From a bacterium (GTDB taxonomy: Bacteria > Methylomirabilota > Methylomirabilia > CAVQYV01): 20,822 bases of DNA. A program made the translations under genes and the position numbers. A model generated the notes under the pieces. That model was not told the origin of the DNA, ran no database searches, and saw nothing but the letters and a program-made list of their open reading frames with translations. Below, one piece after another: positions 16,729-20,822 of this stretch; position 1 is the stretch's first letter, and every line of letters begins with the position of its first letter. The stretch is taken from positions 1-20,822 of the forward strand of contig JAZDMQ010000030.1 in the NCBI GenBank assembly GCA_043800755.1, read 5' to 3'.

Positions 16729-17343
16729 ATGTCGATTAGTCTTTCCATCTTTCAGGCCAAGCGCCTTTTGCGCCAGAAGATGCGCCCGTTGCGGGATGCC
16801 CTCTCCCCGGAAGAGAGGAGGGAGAGGAGTCGGAGGATCTTCAGCGGGTTGGAATCGCTTCCCCTGTACCGGGAGGCGGGCCTGGTGCTCTATTATGCCT
16901 CCTTTGGCAGCGAGGTGGACACCTGGGAGATGATGGACCATTCCCTGAGATCCGGCAAGAGGATTGCCCTGCCGCGGGTGGAGGAGACCTCTTTAGGCAT
17001 GATGGCCTTTGAAGTTAAGGACCTGGATCGCGACCTCCAGCCAGGCTATCGAGGGATTCGTGAGCCCCAGGCCGAGGGGACCCGGCCCGTGAAAGGAGAG
17101 GAGTTGCGCCTGATCGTCGCCCCGGGCCTGGCCTTCGATGAGCGGGGTTATCGCCTGGGTTACGGGAAGGGCTATTATGACCGCTTTCTCGCCGGCCTCT
17201 CGCTGAGGGTTCCCTCCGTGGGGTTGGCCTATGACCTTCAGATAGTGGAAGCCTTGCCGGTTTCATCCGGGGACTTTCCTTTGGACTTCATTATCACTGA
17301 TCAGAGGATCATTTTTGGAGCGAAAGCGATGATATCTACTTGA
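16729..17343 (+). CDS. ygfA: 5-formyltetrahydrofolate cyclo-ligase
   Basis: KRLLRQKM, SEVDT, GIREP, PGLAFDERGYRLGYGKGYYDRFL. Confidence 0.95.
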   Translation: MSISLSIFQAKRLLRQKMRPLRDALSPEERRERSRRIFSGLESLPLYREAGLVLYYASFGSEVDTWEMMDHSLRSGKRIALPRVEETSLGMMAFEVKDLDRDLQPGYRGIREPQAEGTRPVKGEELRLIVAPGLAFDERGYRLGYGKGYYDRFLAGLSLRVPSVGLAYDLQIVEALPVSSGDFPLDFIITDQRIIFGAKAMIST

Positions 17344-17399
17344 GAGAATTCCCAGTTCAAACAGGGGTGCATTTCCCCCATCGAGGGAGGTGAGGACGG

Positions 17400-18965
17400 T
17401 TGCATCTGGTAACCCCTTTTCATATCGCAGTATTGGTCATTGGTTTGATATGCATCGGATTGGGGTATTTGCTCCGCAAGTACTTTGTGGAGAGCAAGAT
17501 CGTCGATGCCGAGTCCTTGGCCAAGCGAATCTTGAAGGAGGCAGAGAAAGAGGCGGAGGCCAATCGTCGCGAAGCAGCGCTGGAGGCCAAGGACTGGATC
17601 TATCAAGCCAAGGCAGACTTCGAAAAGGAGACGAAAGACCAGAGGGCTGAGCTTCAAAACCTGGAGAGGCGACTCAACCAGAGAGAAGAGGGCTTAGATC
17701 GCAAGCTGGGCCTGCTCGATCAGAAAGAGAAGGAGATCCTGAGCCGGGATAACGAACTCGCTTCCCGCGAGAGGGGAGTGGCGGAGAACGAGGTCAAATA
17801 TAAGAGGCTGTTGGAGGAGCAGAGACAGCAATTGGAAAGGATTTCCGGTTTTACCTCGGAGGAGGCGAAGCGGATGCTCATCCAGAGCTTGGAGAACGAG
17901 GCCCGGTTGGAGGCATTTTCCAAGATCAAAAGGATCGAAGAAGAGGCAAAAGAGACAGGCGAGAAGAAGGCCAAGGAGATTATTTCGACCTCCATCGCCA
18001 AGTGTGCCTCGGAGTATGTCATGGAGGCCACCGTCTCGGTGGTTGATCTGCCCAACGACGAGATGAAGGGGCGGATCATCGGCCGCGAGGGGAGGAATAT
18101 CAGGGCACTGGAAAAGGCCACCGGCATCGATATCATCGTAGATGACACCCCGGAGGCGATTATCCTCTCGGGATTTGATTCGGTGAGAAGGGAAATAGCC
18201 AAGTTGTCACTGCGACGGCTGATCGCTGATGGCCGGATTCACCCTGCCCGAATCGAAGAGACCGTGGAGAAGGTAAAGAAAGAGGTGGAGACGACCATCC
18301 GGGAGGCGGGAGAGCAGGCCTGTTTCGAGGTGAGGGTGCCCAACCTGAACCCCGAGCTGGTGAAGCTGGTGGGGCGCCTTCACTTCCGCACCAGTTACGC
18401 CCAGAACTGCCTTCAGCACTCCAAAGAGGTGGCACACCTGGCCGGGGTGATCGCCTCGGAACTGGGGATCGATTTCCGCTTTGCCAAGCGGGCGGGCCTG
18501 CTTCACGATATCGGCAAGGCGGCCGATTTCAGGAATGAAGGCTCCCATGCCAAGATCTCTGCCGATGATGCTCGGCGCTACCACGAGCACCCGAAGGTGG
18601 TTAACGCCATCGCCGCTCACCACGGGGAGGTGGAGCCCAATTGCATTGAGGCGATCATCGTGCAGGCGGCGGATACGCTCTCGGCCACCCGACCCGGGGC
18701 CCGGCGGGAGGTCCTGGAGACCTATGTGAAGCGCCTGGAGAAGTTGGAGGAGATTGCCAACTCTTTTGCCGGGGTCACCAAGTCCTATGCGATCCAGGCA
18801 GGAAGGGAGATACGGATCATCTTAGAGAATGTGGAGATGTCAGAGGCCCAGGTGGGACAAATGGCCCGGGATATTGCCAAGAGGATCGAGCAGGAGTTGG
18901 AGTATCCGGGCCAGATCAAGGTGACGGTCATCCGGGAGACGAGGGTCATTGAATACGCCCGCTAA
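17400..18965 (+). CDS. rny: Ribonuclease Y
   Basis: N-terminal TM helix, coiled coil, KH ([15 protein letters not shown]), HD (LLHDIGK), [17 protein letters not shown] start after GGAGGTGA. Confidence 0.97.
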   Translation: MHLVTPFHIAVLVIGLICIGLGYLLRKYFVESKIVDAESLAKRILKEAEKEAEANRREAALEAKDWIYQAKADFEKETKDQRAELQNLERRLNQREEGLDRKLGLLDQKEKEILSRDNELASRERGVAENEVKYKRLLEEQRQQLERISGFTSEEAKRMLIQSLENEARLEAFSKIKRIEEEAKETGEKKAKEIISTSIAKCASEYVMEATVSVVDLPNDEMKGRIIGREGRNIRALEKATGIDIIVDDTPEAIILSGFDSVRREIAKLSLRRLIADGRIHPARIEETVEKVKKEVETTIREAGEQACFEVRVPNLNPELVKLVGRLHFRTSYAQNCLQHSKEVAHLAGVIASELGIDFRFAKRAGLLHDIGKAADFRNEGSHAKISADDARRYHEHPKVVNAIAAHHGEVEPNCIEAIIVQAADTLSATRPGARREVLETYVKRLEKLEEIANSFAGVTKSYAIQAGREIRIILENVEMSEAQVGQMARDIAKRIEQELEYPGQIKVTVIRETRVIEYAR

Positions 18966-18980
18966 GGTCAGGGGATAGGG

Positions 18981-19748
18981 ATGCGTGTCCTTTTCATCGG
19001 GGATATCATCGGGGCGCCGGGCAGGGAGATTGTGGCCTCCCTGCTTCCCGAGCTGCTTTCGGAGCTGGAGATCGATATCTGCCTGGCCAACGGGGAGAAC
19101 GCGGCCGGGGGCTTTGGCATCACCCCTGCCGTGGCATCCGAGCTCTTCTCCCTGGGGATCGACCTCCTGACCTCGGGAAACCATGTGTGGGACAAGAAGG
19201 AGGTCGAGGAATACATCAAGGGGGAGCCCCGCTTGCTCCGGCCGGCGAATTACCCGCCAGAGGTCCCCGGCCATGGCCTCCACATTTTGAAGAAGAATCA
19301 GCATTCCCTGGGGGTCCTCAACCTCTCTGGGCGCACCTTCATGCCCCCCCTCGATTGCCCCTTTCGGGTGGCGGACAAAGGGGTCTCGCGCCTCAAGGAG
19401 GAGGCCAAGGCTACCCTAATTGACTTTCACGCGGAGGCGACCTCCGAGAAGAGGGCCTTCGGCTGGTACATGGCCGGAAGGGTCTCTGCGGTCATTGGCA
19501 CCCATACCCATGTGCAGACTGCGGATGAACAGATCCTGCCCGGCGGGACGGCCTACATCACAGATGTGGGGATGACGGGATCGGCAGAATCGGTAATCGG
19601 CATCGTCAAGGAAGAGGCCATTGCTCGGTTTCTGACCCAGATGCCCCAGAGGTTCACTATGGCCAAGGGTTCCCCCCTGTTCAATGGCGTGGTGGTGGAC
19701 ATCGACCAAAAGGGGCAAGCCACCCAGATCATGAGAATCAATCGTTGA
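18981..19748 (+). CDS. ymdB: TIGR00282 / YmdB-family metallophosphoesterase
   Basis: GDIIG, NGENAAGG, TSGNH, DFHAEATSEK, GTHTHVQTAD. Confidence 0.95.
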   Translation: MRVLFIGDIIGAPGREIVASLLPELLSELEIDICLANGENAAGGFGITPAVASELFSLGIDLLTSGNHVWDKKEVEEYIKGEPRLLRPANYPPEVPGHGLHILKKNQHSLGVLNLSGRTFMPPLDCPFRVADKGVSRLKEEAKATLIDFHAEATSEKRAFGWYMAGRVSAVIGTHTHVQTADEQILPGGTAYITDVGMTGSAESVIGIVKEEAIARFLTQMPQRFTMAKGSPLFNGVVVDIDQKGQATQIMRINR

Positions 19749-19763
19749 GGAGGAATAAGCGCA

Positions 19764-20621
19764 ATGGCGGCCCAGATCATCGATGGCAAGAAGGTATCTC
19801 AACAGATTAAGGCGGAGCTGAAAGGAGAGGTCCAAGAGCTCAAGGAGCGACACGGGCTCACCCCGGGGCTGGCAGTGGTCCTGGTGGGAGAAGACCCGGC
19901 CTCCACGGTTTATGTCCGTAACAAGGGAAAGTCCTGTCAAGAGGTGGGCATCCTTTCTCGTCAATATAACCTGGCCGCCACTTGCTCGGAGAAGGAATTG
20001 CTTGATTTGATTCAAGGGCTGAACCAGGATGCCCCCATCCATGGGATATTGGTGCAGCTTCCCCTGCCCGACCACATCGATGAGGAGGCCATCATCAAGA
20101 GCATCAACCCGATCAAGGATGTGGATGGATTTCATCCCGAGAATGTGGGCAATCTGATCTTAGGAAATCCGAGCTATCTGCCTTGCACCCCGGCGGGCAT
20201 CATGGTCTTGTTGGACTCTATCGGACTGGAGATCAAGGGTCAGCATGCGGTGGTGGTGGGCAGATCCAATATTGTGGGTAAGCCGGTCAGCTTTCTGCTA
20301 CTGCAGCGCCACGCTACCCTCACCATTTGTCATTCCCGCACGAAGGATCTCTCCTACCACACCCGGCAGGCGGACATCTTGGTGGCGGCCATCGGCAAGG
20401 CCAAGATGATCAAGGGCTCCATGGTCAAGAAGGGGGCAGTGGTCATCGATGTGGGGGTGAACCGCCTGGAGGGCGGCCTGGTGGGGGATGTGGACTACGA
20501 AGAGGCCTCCCAGGTTGCCTCTAACATTACGCCCGTCCCCGGAGGAGTGGGGCCCATGACCATTGCCATGCTCCTCAAGAACGCGGTCCTGGCATGCAAG
20601 AGGCAGAACAACCTGGCCTGA
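19764..20621 (+). CDS. folD: Bifunctional methylenetetrahydrofolate dehydrogenase/cyclohydrolase
   Basis: [45 protein letters not shown]. Confidence 0.98.
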   Translation: MAAQIIDGKKVSQQIKAELKGEVQELKERHGLTPGLAVVLVGEDPASTVYVRNKGKSCQEVGILSRQYNLAATCSEKELLDLIQGLNQDAPIHGILVQLPLPDHIDEEAIIKSINPIKDVDGFHPENVGNLILGNPSYLPCTPAGIMVLLDSIGLEIKGQHAVVVGRSNIVGKPVSFLLLQRHATLTICHSRTKDLSYHTRQADILVAAIGKAKMIKGSMVKKGAVVIDVGVNRLEGGLVGDVDYEEASQVASNITPVPGGVGPMTIAMLLKNAVLACKRQNNLA

Positions 20622-20698
20622 AGGAATTGAGCCATTTGCGGAATTGACAAGATAGACTGAACAGGGGCCAGTGGCCCAGAGACAGAGGCGGAAGAGAG

Positions 20699-20750
20699 AA
20701 AAGGCATCGGATAGATGGTTTGTCCCAAGATCCCGGTGCCTTTTGCGTTT
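20699..20750 (+). terminator. Terminator-like hairpin downstream of folD
   Basis: AAAAGGCATCGG (20699-20710) pairs with CCGGTGCCTTTT (20733-20744), followed by GCGTTT. Confidence 0.5.
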
Positions 20751-20822
20751 GCAGGCGCTCAGCGGCTCGGCAGCTCGCCAGAGGCCCGCTGGGACCACAT
20801 GAAGGGGCTCCGTGCGCCTTCA

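Noticed and set aside
20644..20672. TTGACA promoter after folD
   Set aside because: No plausible -10 hexamer at 16-18 bp spacing.
1..20822. CRISPR array or tandem repeat array
   Set aside because: No regularly spaced direct repeats noticed; the TPR repeats are protein-level and degenerate.

Overview
A roughly 21 kb, moderately GC-rich bacterial chromosomal segment; gene order and protein style suggest a deltaproteobacterial/Nitrospinota-like lineage (inference). The left ~8 kb is accessory or metabolic: a partial cyclase-family hydrolase, a signal-peptide TPR protein, a Zn-dependent dehydrogenase, a DapA-family aldolase, a ferritin/rubrerythrin-like protein, an OsmC-like gene, and a TrmB-family regulator with a PLP aminotransferase. 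The right ~13 kb is housekeeping: tRNA-Gly/Cys/Leu/Val, thrS-infC-rpmI-rplT-pheS-pheT, then zapB-like, zapA, 6S RNA, ygfA, rny, ymdB and folD. The main finding is on the minus strand. Two ORFs called separately (5569-5910 and 5299-5568) are one OsmC-like reading frame interrupted by an in-frame TGA exactly at the conserved first Cys, followed by a SECIS-like hairpin. This is a probable selenoprotein. It also has two in-frame SD-equipped starts, and the upstream one adds a signal peptide, so an exported isoform is possible. infC starts at a non-canonical ATC missed by the ORF track.
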